From NCBI GenBank assembly GCA_013214575.1, contig JABSSD010000025.1, positions 468-64,467 of the forward strand: a DNA stretch of 64,000 bases. The letters are read 5' to 3'. A program made the translations under genes and the position numbers. The DNA is from Paracoccaceae bacterium. Its GTDB lineage: Bacteria; Pseudomonadota; Alphaproteobacteria; Rhodobacterales; Rhodobacteraceae. The notes beneath the pieces were generated by a model. It saw only the letters and a program-made list of their open reading frames with translations. It searched no databases and was not told the DNA's origin. Position 1 is the first letter of the stretch, and each line of letters starts with the position of its first letter. Below are positions 36,865 through 44,486 of this stretch, piece by piece.

Positions 36865-36931
36865 CCCCAGGATATTTAAAGCCAGATGAATAAAGGATCC
36901 CGTTTTCATCTGGCCAATAAATATCCTGGGG
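36865..36931. repeat. 67-nt nested palindrome (REP/MITE-like element)
   Basis: Outer arms ccccaggatattt / aaatatcctgggg (13 bp, perfect) and inner arms gccagatgaa / ttcatctggc (10 bp, perfect). Related half-copies lie at 50572-50604 and 21909-21927. Confidence 0.85.
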
Positions 36932-36963
36932 GAGCCGCCAGCATGGCGGCGGGGGCAAAGCCC

Positions 36964-38010
36964 CTACTCGAGATGACCGCTACCAATCACCACCGGTGCG
37001 ATCAATTCCCCATTGCGCACCATTTCGTTAAAAGCCAGCCCTGCTTTTTGGCGATCTCCAAGTCCGATCCAACAATCCCTGAAAGTCGATCCGGTGGTGC
37101 GCCATGTCGAGCCCGTTATGTAGGACCACGATGTCCGGAAACAGCTGTTTCATCTTGGCACCGATTTTGTAGATATCCTCGCGATCACCGGACAGTGCCA
37201 CCCAGCGAAACGGGCCGATGCCACGGCAGAACAGAGATCGAATATAGGCGGGCACAAAGCCAGGAAAATCAAGCGCATATTCAGCCCCTCTTCCAGTGCC
37301 ATCTAGCGGGTATTGGTGCCGTAATCCACGGTTGCAACGCCCATCGCGTAAAACTGGCACTTGGCCTCGACCTGCAGGGTCATCGAGGCCCGGGCTACTT
37401 TCTCCACTGCTTTGGGGTCGGCTTTACGTTTGTCGTCCCGCTCTCCAATGCTCCAACCCTGCGGTAGATGGCCATTGATTGGATCATCGGCCGAGGTTTG
37501 GTCGGCCACTATATTGGGGCACCGGCCACCCGCCTTGGCGCGGCGGTACAGGTCTGAAAAAAATCGGCGGCATTGCCCAGAGACCCCGACGATCTAGCCA
37601 CTGTATTGGCGCTCCAGCGCCACAACCCGGTCCATTTCCATATCGCTGAACAGCCCAGAGAAGTGACGGATGTTCAGGCTTGGATGGGTGCCTGCCCGGT
37701 TGAATGGCGGCGGTAAAATGCTCCGGCCAATGACAGCTGCTGCCTGATCCATGCCACCCACATGCCCCATGCCGAGACCCGCGCCCGATCGCGGTGGCAG
37801 GGCCCTGCCCGATCGCCGGGGCAAAGCTGGGCGACGGGCCCTTTATGAGTGCCGAATACCGGGCCCATGATGGCGCCTTTGACATCGATTCGGTTTCCAG
37901 CGTGCGGATCTCACTGCCGGAAGAGTTGCGGCTGCTAGAGCACCCACCGCCACGCCCAGGTCCTGCACCTGGAGAGTGTCCGATCTTCTGAGTATGAGAA
38001 AATTGACCCC
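36964..38010 (-). pseudogene. hutU: Urocanate hydratase relic; multiple frameshifts, both ends missing
   Basis: Minus-strand pieces read DTLQVQDLGVAVG; GAGLGMGHVGGMDQAAAVIG; [41 protein letters not shown]; [15 protein letters not shown]; [65 protein letters not shown]; [24 protein letters not shown]. They are colinear with urocanase as I remember it ([36 protein letters not shown], FNEMVRxGELKAPxVIGRDHLD). Confidence 0.75.
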
Positions 38011-38030
38011 TGTTTGCAATCTACAGGAGC

Positions 38031-38226
38031 ATGACGGCAATGACGATCTCCAATGAGCTATTGCATCAGCGGCTTGGCGGCGTTGAACGACCCGAGGATT
38101 TACGCGGCGACCAAGCTGATTTACCTGGCGATCCGCAATTTCGAAAAGACGGAAATTTGCGTCAGGGAGAGGGGTGCTACCCGCAATCCGTTCGCTATTG
38201 TTTACCCGGAACGGTTCAACAGATGA
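38031..38226 (+). mobile_element. IS256-family transposase relic with the whole catalytic core deleted
   Basis: N-terminal TISNELLHQRLGGVERPEDLRGDQ joins directly, with a frame change, to C-terminal KLIYLAIRNFEKTEICVRERGATRNPFAIVYPERFNR*. Confidence 0.55.
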
Positions 38227-38264
38227 CCCGTTTCAGCACCATGGGCTGATGGTCACACAGAGAG

Positions 38265-39836
38265 TTACGGTAACGACAGCAGCCGAGTTTCGTGTGACTG
38301 TAATTCTGGGCGCGCAGTCGGGCCATATCCGTTCTGGCCGTCTATCAACTCAAGAATTTCGGCTCGGGTCTCTGCATCAAAAGCATCCAGGGTTTCGGCA
38401 CCGGGATGGTAGCTTTCACTCTCGAGCCCGTTGCCACAGACAATTTCATGCTGATCAAAAAGCAAATGCACATACGTCACTTGGCGGCCATCCGCCTGCA
38501 CCCGAATCGTACTGTCGTTGATCAGATGCTTCGCCTTGACCAATACCTCGGACTGGCCAAATAGAAGATCAGCGCGTTCCGAAGTGATCAGCACCCGATG
38601 ATTGGGAGAGACCGCAATGCAGTCGTGATTGCCAAGTGCCCCAGCCGAAAAGACCACCGGCGCATTGCACCCTTCGGCACAGCGTGAACTGCGTCCAACC
38701 CATCGCAGAGGCTGTGGACCATGGTCTCGGGTTTTAATCAGAGCGCCTATTTCCAGTTCTTCAACGGCCATTGGGCCATTTTCTGTATTGATCAATGTTC
38801 CGGCCACAAAACAAGGCGGGGAGGACACTTCGGTTGTGACATCCACAAATCCAACGTCAGTATTCCCCAAGTCATCCTCAACCGTATAGGAAAACGTGTT
38901 GGTTTCATCCACATCGCTGTCATTGGTGATCGAAAACGTTCCGTCAGCATTCAGCGTCACCACTTCGCCGGTGGCCAGGGTAACCGAATCGCCGGCCGTA
39001 ACCGGCTGGCCATTAATGTGGGTAATCGTCAGGCTGGCCCCTGCAGTGTGAATGTCGTTATCCAGAACATCCAGATCCTCGGACCCATCGCCAGAAATCG
39101 TCACCTCGTCATCAATTGCTATCAATTCAGTCTGAATGGAATCGCCGGCGATCAGGAGATTGGAATCGTAGATACCGTCGCCAGCGTCAGCGATTCCGAT
39201 CTTGATGGTGTTTTCCTGGCCTGGGATCACTGTCGCCTTGAGCGTCAAGGTTACCGTAAAGCCATCCATCTCGGTGTTGTAGGTATCATCGGTTGGCGCA
39301 TTGTCGACATAGAGGTTCTGGTTTGATCCATCATTGATGTTGTCGATCGAAATATCGCCTTCCCCAATGGTCAGTTCAGCCTGCACCCCGTTGACCCAAA
39401 TACCAACTGCGTCATTAAATCCCTCATTTACGTATTCCAGATACTCCTCGGAGGAAAAGGTTATCTGCATGGTCAGGGTCGTGCCTTCGGGCACAAATGT
39501 TGCCTCAAACACTGCGGCGTCATAGGTTCGCACACCGGCAATATCGGTCAGCTCGCTGGTGCCAGCCAAATGGTGGTTTGTAGAGGTCCCGGCCTGGGCA
39601 TTCACATCACCACTGCTGTTGGTGATGTCCTCAGCCCGACCGGTGGAGAGAATAACACCGGTGTCGGAGGGGGTAATATCCCCGGCCACCAGATCCCCAT
39701 CGGTATAAATTCCCGAGGCGGAGGCGGCGCCAGAATAGCTGGCACTAACAATGGAAATGCCATTTCCAAACATGGCATTTGCCATATCCATCGCACTGGC
39801 ACTGATATCAATTGGCAATTCAGACGCGGCGGGCAT
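38265..39836 (-). CDS. Hint-domain protein, paralog 1: choice-of-anchor-L-like N-terminal domain, cadherin-like repeat, C-terminal Hint (bacterial intein-like)
   Basis: 523-aa ORF with no signal peptide. Head motifs GVILSTGRA, ITFSSEEYLEYV, NTEMDGFTVTLTL and IKIGIADAGDGIYDSNLLIAG. Repeat LDVLDNDIH...LTITHINGQ. Hint start PCFVAGTLINTENG (Cys codon 38811-38813) and SPNHRVL block. Confidence 0.85.
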   Translation of the reverse strand: MPAASELPIDISASAMDMANAMFGNGISIVSASYSGAASASGIYTDGDLVAGDITPSDTGVILSTGRAEDITNSSGDVNAQAGTSTNHHLAGTSELTDIAGVRTYDAAVFEATFVPEGTTLTMQITFSSEEYLEYVNEGFNDAVGIWVNGVQAELTIGEGDISIDNINDGSNQNLYVDNAPTDDTYNTEMDGFTVTLTLKATVIPGQENTIKIGIADAGDGIYDSNLLIAGDSIQTELIAIDDEVTISGDGSEDLDVLDNDIHTAGASLTITHINGQPVTAGDSVTLATGEVVTLNADGTFSITNDSDVDETNTFSYTVEDDLGNTDVGFVDVTTEVSSPPCFVAGTLINTENGPMAVEELEIGALIKTRDHGPQPLRWVGRSSRCAEGCNAPVVFSAGALGNHDCIAVSPNHRVLITSERADLLFGQSEVLVKAKHLINDSTIRVQADGRQVTYVHLLFDQHEIVCGNGLESESYHPGAETLDAFDAETRAEILELIDGQNGYGPTARPELQSHETRLLSLP

Positions 39837-39991
39837 GTTTGCTTCCTCGTTAAATGCTATTGGCCATCCTTATTCAATATGAGTTTATAAATGACGAAAT
39901 TTTGGAAATTGGCAGGACTTTTTATCAGTTCTTCGACCCTGCTTCCTGACTCTGGTTGACCGCTGCCCCCGCGCGGGTCTATGGCATCGAC

Positions 39992-40345
39992 ATGGAAAAG
40001 AAGAAAATATCCCGCCAGCAGGTTTACACGCTTGTCGTCCAGATTGGCCGCAAAGAGGGCGATGGCCTGCCCAAAGGCGCCACCGGCGCCGCGCTGATGA
40101 TTTTTGCCTCGGGCATAGATGAGGCCGAAGCGGTGCGCGAAACAGTGGCGATCCTGAAACAGGCGGACACGGCTCCGCTGGATGTCACCGGATATGGCAC
40201 CCTGGCCGAGCGTGAAACCGAAGGTCACGAAATCGAGGCTGAGGAACGTGCTCTGATGCAGCGCGCGCTGGAAGAAAACTCGGTGATTGTGGCCCAGATG
40301 ACGCCGTTTTTTGGCGATGACGAGCCCAGGCTCACGGTTCACTGA
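39992..40345 (+). CDS. Hypothetical protein (117 aa)
   Basis: ATG at 39992 (MEKKKISRQQVYTLVV...), acidic C-terminus, no family recognised. Divergent from paralog 1 and convergent with the channel gene. Confidence 0.5.
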   Translation: MEKKKISRQQVYTLVVQIGRKEGDGLPKGATGAALMIFASGIDEAEAVRETVAILKQADTAPLDVTGYGTLAERETEGHEIEAEERALMQRALEENSVIVAQMTPFFGDDEPRLTVH

Positions 40346-40361
40346 ACATCATACAGACGGC

Positions 40362-41426
40362 CTAGTCGCGCGTCCCAAACCAGCGGCGGTAGATCACATC
40401 ATAGGTTCCATCCTCGCGCAGGGCCAGCAAGGCGCGATTGACATCTTCCACCAGTGGTGAGCCGGCGGGGAAAATGATGCCGTAGTTTTCCTTGAGAAAC
40501 ACAGATCCAACAGTGCGGCCATATCGGTAGCCTTTGTGGGTGGTATAATAACTCAGGATCGGCGCATCAAAGACCACAACCTGAATGTTGCCCACCTCAA
40601 AGGCCTCTTTCAGCGCAGACAGCCCATCATGCCCGCGATAGGCAATCTCGCGCCGGTCAAGAAATCCAGCTGCGGTCGAGCCTTTGATGGTGCCAACGCG
40701 TTTGCCATACAGATCATTGACGGAATTCACCGATCCGGTAATCGCATTGACGGTCATGACCGCAGTGATCTTGGCCACAAACACCGAAACCACAAACAGC
40801 GATGAGACCACCAAAACCACACCAAACATTCGGCCAATTGGCGTGCGCGGCACCCGTTCCTCAAAGCCACCGTTCACCACCAGGTTCAGCGCCCACCAGA
40901 ACGAAGGAAACCAGGCCTCTTTCAACGGTCGGTCGAAATAGGGCTGGGCCCGGCGCTCTAATGCCCACATCAACATACCGCCACCGACCAACAGCACAAA
41001 AGCTATGCCAATGGCCGCCGCCAGATCCCAGGACAACACAGCGTTCAGCAAGGACGGCGTCCGCAGGTCTTCAACCCGAACCATCATCTGCAAACCGCTC
41101 TCAAAAATCGGCTGACTAAAGTCCATTTCGATTTCACGGGCGGCGGTAATGGATATATTGGCAATTGCCAAATCAGCCTCGCCGCCACGCACCAGCCCAA
41201 GCATGTCGGAAAACGCGACAGCCCGGTTGATCTCATAATCCCAGCCCAACCGGTCGGCCAGTTCCGCCAACAGGTCGATGGAGAATCCCGCATCTTGGCC
41301 ATTTTCAACAAATGAAAACGGCGGCCGAGTGACCGTGGCAACAGTCAGTGTCTGCGCGGCCAGGGACTGACCCCAGTTCAACAGCAGAATAAAAAGAGCA
41401 GCAAAAATTCGCAATAAAGGGACCAT
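40362..41426 (-). CDS. Ionotropic-glutamate-receptor-like ligand-gated channel (SBP family-3 lobes split by M1-P-M2)
   Basis: Signal peptide; S1 lobe ([13 protein letters not shown]...[22 protein letters not shown]); [22 protein letters not shown]; pore-loop-like [27 protein letters not shown]; [29 protein letters not shown] (compare iGluR SYTANLAAF); S2 lobe ([16 protein letters not shown]...VVFDAPIL...[11 protein letters not shown]). No TVGYG potassium filter. Confidence 0.75.
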   Translation of the reverse strand: MVPLLRIFAALFILLLNWGQSLAAQTLTVATVTRPPFSFVENGQDAGFSIDLLAELADRLGWDYEINRAVAFSDMLGLVRGGEADLAIANISITAAREIEMDFSQPIFESGLQMMVRVEDLRTPSLLNAVLSWDLAAAIGIAFVLLVGGGMLMWALERRAQPYFDRPLKEAWFPSFWWALNLVVNGGFEERVPRTPIGRMFGVVLVVSSLFVVSVFVAKITAVMTVNAITGSVNSVNDLYGKRVGTIKGSTAAGFLDRREIAYRGHDGLSALKEAFEVGNIQVVVFDAPILSYYTTHKGYRYGRTVGSVFLKENYGIIFPAGSPLVEDVNRALLALREDGTYDVIYRRWFGTRD

Positions 41427-41493
41427 TCAGATCATAAAAACACGTAACTTCTGTTTTTAGGCGGAACGCAGCCGCCGCGCAAGTGCGCTGAAT

Positions 41494-42588
41494 TCAGGCG
41501 ATCCGGCGTTCGGCCAATACGGTGGCATCAAAAGACCGCAAAACCGGGTATTTTGAGCGTCCGTGTTCCGGTAGGCCTGATCGGTCCAATTCAGCCAGGA
41601 GACTTGCAGCGAACCGGTTTCGGTCTCGGCGCAGGCGTCCAATAAACAGGCTCTCCACCACCGCGCCGGCGGCCAGCAGGGCGGCATGATCGGGCAACAA
41701 CACTTGCATATAGCGGGTCGTCGGCTTGTCGATCTTGGGCTGAAAGGCTGTATGAGTGGCCAGAAGATGCCGCGCCGGCACCAACACCGACTGCTGGCCA
41801 AATAGGTATTCCACTTCGGATCCTGACAGCACCAGCCGTTGCGACGGGGCGACGTCGATGTCCTGTAACAGGCCAAAATAGGGCGCACGCAACCGGATAG
41901 GCTGGAACGAGCCAGCGGCCGGCACGGACCGTCTCACCACATGCAGCACCGGAACCGTGGTGCCATCACCTGTCAGCACCAGATCGCCCCGCTGCAGTGT
42001 CGACAAAGCCCGGTAGCCCTGCGGTGTGGCAATCGGCGTATGCGCCGCCAGCGATGGCATTGGGCCAACCGGTTCGATCTGATCTGACAGCGCCAGATAT
42101 TGAACATCCGTCGAGACAAACCGAAACGGGCCAGGCTGTAACAGCGCCCTCAGATCCGCCAGGCGCCAGGGTCGCGGCGCCTTCAGCTCGACGATCTGCG
42201 CCTGACCGCCGTCCACCCGCTCCAACGCCAACCGCCCCCAACGCCGCGGCGAATCCCACGAGTAGGTCAGCCGCAACAGGTCAGCCCGGCCCGAATCGGT
42301 TGGGTTCAGGGTCCGATGCTCAACGGTTCCGGACTGCTCCAGAACCAAGTTCAAACCACCGCCCGGGACCGCCCGCAGCGCCAATTTCACCGGCCAATCT
42401 CCATCCTGCGCAAACAACAGCAATGGCTCCGGGCGCTGGCTGTCTGGCAGCCGCATCTCGACCACCAGCGAGCCCCGGACCAACAGGGCATCCGGGTTGC
42501 AGTCCCCTTGTTCAGCGGAAGCACCGGGTTCAATTCCGCCCGCGTCAAATTGATCGAAATTCGAGGATGACACCGCCAGCCAAACCAT
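41494..42588 (-). CDS. Hint-domain protein with substituted catalytic residues (Cys to Ser, block-B His to Gln) and an unknown ~175-aa N-terminal domain
   Basis: The ATG lies 4 nt after the paralog-2 stop. PSLAAHTPIATPQG aligns with PCFVAGTLIRTPYG, and DVAPSQRLVL aligns with RVSPQHRVLV. The C-terminal tail (YPVLRSFDATVLAE) is shared with the paralogs. Confidence 0.75.
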   Translation of the reverse strand: MVWLAVSSSNFDQFDAGGIEPGASAEQGDCNPDALLVRGSLVVEMRLPDSQRPEPLLLFAQDGDWPVKLALRAVPGGGLNLVLEQSGTVEHRTLNPTDSGRADLLRLTYSWDSPRRWGRLALERVDGGQAQIVELKAPRPWRLADLRALLQPGPFRFVSTDVQYLALSDQIEPVGPMPSLAAHTPIATPQGYRALSTLQRGDLVLTGDGTTVPVLHVVRRSVPAAGSFQPIRLRAPYFGLLQDIDVAPSQRLVLSGSEVEYLFGQQSVLVPARHLLATHTAFQPKIDKPTTRYMQVLLPDHAALLAAGAVVESLFIGRLRRDRNRFAASLLAELDRSGLPEHGRSKYPVLRSFDATVLAERRIA

Positions 42589-42592
42589 CAGA

Positions 42593-44164
42593 TCAAGCAG
42601 CCTCGGTTGCGGACAACAGCCGCGCTTCGTATGATTTCAAGGTCGGCCGGGCGGCACCACCGTATCCTTCTCCGGTGGCCGGATCCAGTTCAGGGAACAA
42701 CGCGCAGATCTCATCGACAACCGGCTGTTCCAACAGATTTGTGGTCAGCGGACCCGGCAGGAAACTTTCAGTCTCCAGCCCTTCGGAGAAAATCACCTGA
42801 TGGCGGTCAAACATCAGATGCACATAAGTTACCTCGCCGCCGGGGCTGCGGGTCACCGAGCGGTCATTGAGCAAGTCCTTGGCGGCCACCAGCACCTCGG
42901 CCTCTCCGAACAGCAACTCGGCCAGACTGTCGCGCACCAGAACCCGGTGCTGAGGTGAAACCCGCAAATCACGGTGGGACCCAAAGGTCCCTTTGCGAAT
43001 GTGAATGGGGGCAAAATCGCCTTCGGCCTCGACCAGCCGGGCACCAATCCAGCGGATCGGCTGGGCGCCATCGTCACGGGTCACCACCAGATCACCGGGC
43101 TGCAGATCTTCCACCGCCAATTCACCGTAAGGGGTGCGGATCAGTGTTCCGGCCACAAAACAAGGGATCGAGCTGACGTTGACAAAACCGGTATCACTAT
43201 TGCCACCGTTCGACGCCGTGTAGGTGAAATTGAAGTTCTCGGTGTCACCGTCACCGGTCAATGTCAGGGTGCCATCCGCGTTCAGAAGAACCGTCTGGCC
43301 GGTGTTCAGCGTCACAATTGACCCCGCGGACACCGCGACACCATTCACATGGGTGATGGTCAGCGTGCCGCCGGAATTATCAATGTCATTGGCCAACACG
43401 TCGATGGTCTTGCTGCCGTTTGGATAGAGGTTGGTAGAATCTTCGATCGCGACAAAATCAACCTGCACCGAATCTCCGGCGATCAGGAGATTACTGTCGT
43501 AACTGCTGTCGGACACATCTGCTATGCCGATACGGATGGTGTTTTCCACCCCCGGAATGACATTCATGGTCAGCGTCAGGGTGACCGTCAGCCCGTCCAT
43601 CTCGGTGTTATAGGCATCATTCGAGTTGTCGAGAAACAGGTTTTCATTGGTGGTAGAATTCAGGTTGCCCGGATCAGCATCACCGTTTCCGATCACCAGA
43701 TCGACCTGCACTCCATTGATCCAGACACCCACGAAATCCTGATAAACCGAGTTTTCGAACTCGGGGTATTCCTCGGATGAAAAGATGAATTGCATCGTCA
43801 TTACCCCTGAGTCGGGGATAAAGGTGACGTCTAGATATGAGGCATCATAGGTGTTGGACCCGGCGGCGGCGTTGAAATCGGCATTGTTGTTTTCACCGCT
43901 GGTATTTCGGGATTGGTTGGCGTCTTGGTTCGCCTCACCAGATGAATTGGTATATTCCTTCGCCCGGCCGGTAGACAAGATGACGCCGGTGTCTCCGGGG
44001 GTGGCCCCGGGAGCAATGCTATCGCCATTGGAATAGATCGCCGAGGACCTGCTATCCCCTGTATAGTCGGCGCTGACAACGGTGACACCATCGCCAAAAA
44101 TGGCCTCTGCCATCTGCATGGCACTGGCATTGGTCTGATAAGTAAGCTCTGACGCTGCAACCAT
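42593..44164 (-). CDS. Hint-domain protein, paralog 2: choice-of-anchor-L-like N-terminal domain, cadherin-like repeat, C-terminal Hint
   Basis: 523-aa ORF with no signal peptide. About 57% identity to paralog 1 over the first 70 aa, aligned by eye. Motifs FIFSSEEYPEF, NTEMDGLTVTLTL, IRIGIADVSDSSYDSNLLIAG, IDVLANDID...LTITHVNG, IPCFVAGTLIRTPYG (Cys codon 43160-43162) and SPQHRVL. Confidence 0.85.
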   Translation of the reverse strand: MVAASELTYQTNASAMQMAEAIFGDGVTVVSADYTGDSRSSAIYSNGDSIAPGATPGDTGVILSTGRAKEYTNSSGEANQDANQSRNTSGENNNADFNAAAGSNTYDASYLDVTFIPDSGVMTMQFIFSSEEYPEFENSVYQDFVGVWINGVQVDLVIGNGDADPGNLNSTTNENLFLDNSNDAYNTEMDGLTVTLTLTMNVIPGVENTIRIGIADVSDSSYDSNLLIAGDSVQVDFVAIEDSTNLYPNGSKTIDVLANDIDNSGGTLTITHVNGVAVSAGSIVTLNTGQTVLLNADGTLTLTGDGDTENFNFTYTASNGGNSDTGFVNVSSIPCFVAGTLIRTPYGELAVEDLQPGDLVVTRDDGAQPIRWIGARLVEAEGDFAPIHIRKGTFGSHRDLRVSPQHRVLVRDSLAELLFGEAEVLVAAKDLLNDRSVTRSPGGEVTYVHLMFDRHQVIFSEGLETESFLPGPLTTNLLEQPVVDEICALFPELDPATGEGYGGAARPTLKSYEARLLSATEAA

Positions 44165-44486
44165 GTCTCTGCCTCATTCCTCAATGAGACAAAACATCCG
44201 GCGCGAGGGTTCTCCCCCCGTCACGTTACACGGACCCCGCCTGTTGACGGTGGCTGAAAATGTGGTCCCGCTATTACGGTGACCGCTGTGCTCGGATGCC
44301 CTGCCTCGGGTTATTTATTAACAATTCTTTAACATGTATTACCGCCCGCTGTCATCCGACCAGAAAAATTCACGTCATGTCGCTGCTTTTACGCCACATT
44401 TCCAAGACAGGCTTGCCACTGCACGAATTGCGTCACCTCCAAATTCGCGCTAATCCAAGGCAACCCACATTTGCCGGAGCCCTCTG

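Noticed and set aside
41997-42800. 267-aa Pro/Ala/Ser-rich plus-strand ORF spanning two Hint genes
   Set aside because: It is antisense to two strongly coding genes and crosses their junction. It is low-complexity, with no start context.
38265-44164. Reading the Hint proteins as polymorphic toxins (a Hint releasing a C-terminal toxin), with the small ORF 39992-40345 as immunity protein
   Set aside because: Only about 50 residues follow each Hint domain. That tail is conserved among all three proteins (..YG..ARP.L.S.EA.LL-like) rather than variable. No toxin-like module, and no immunity gene directly downstream, is visible.
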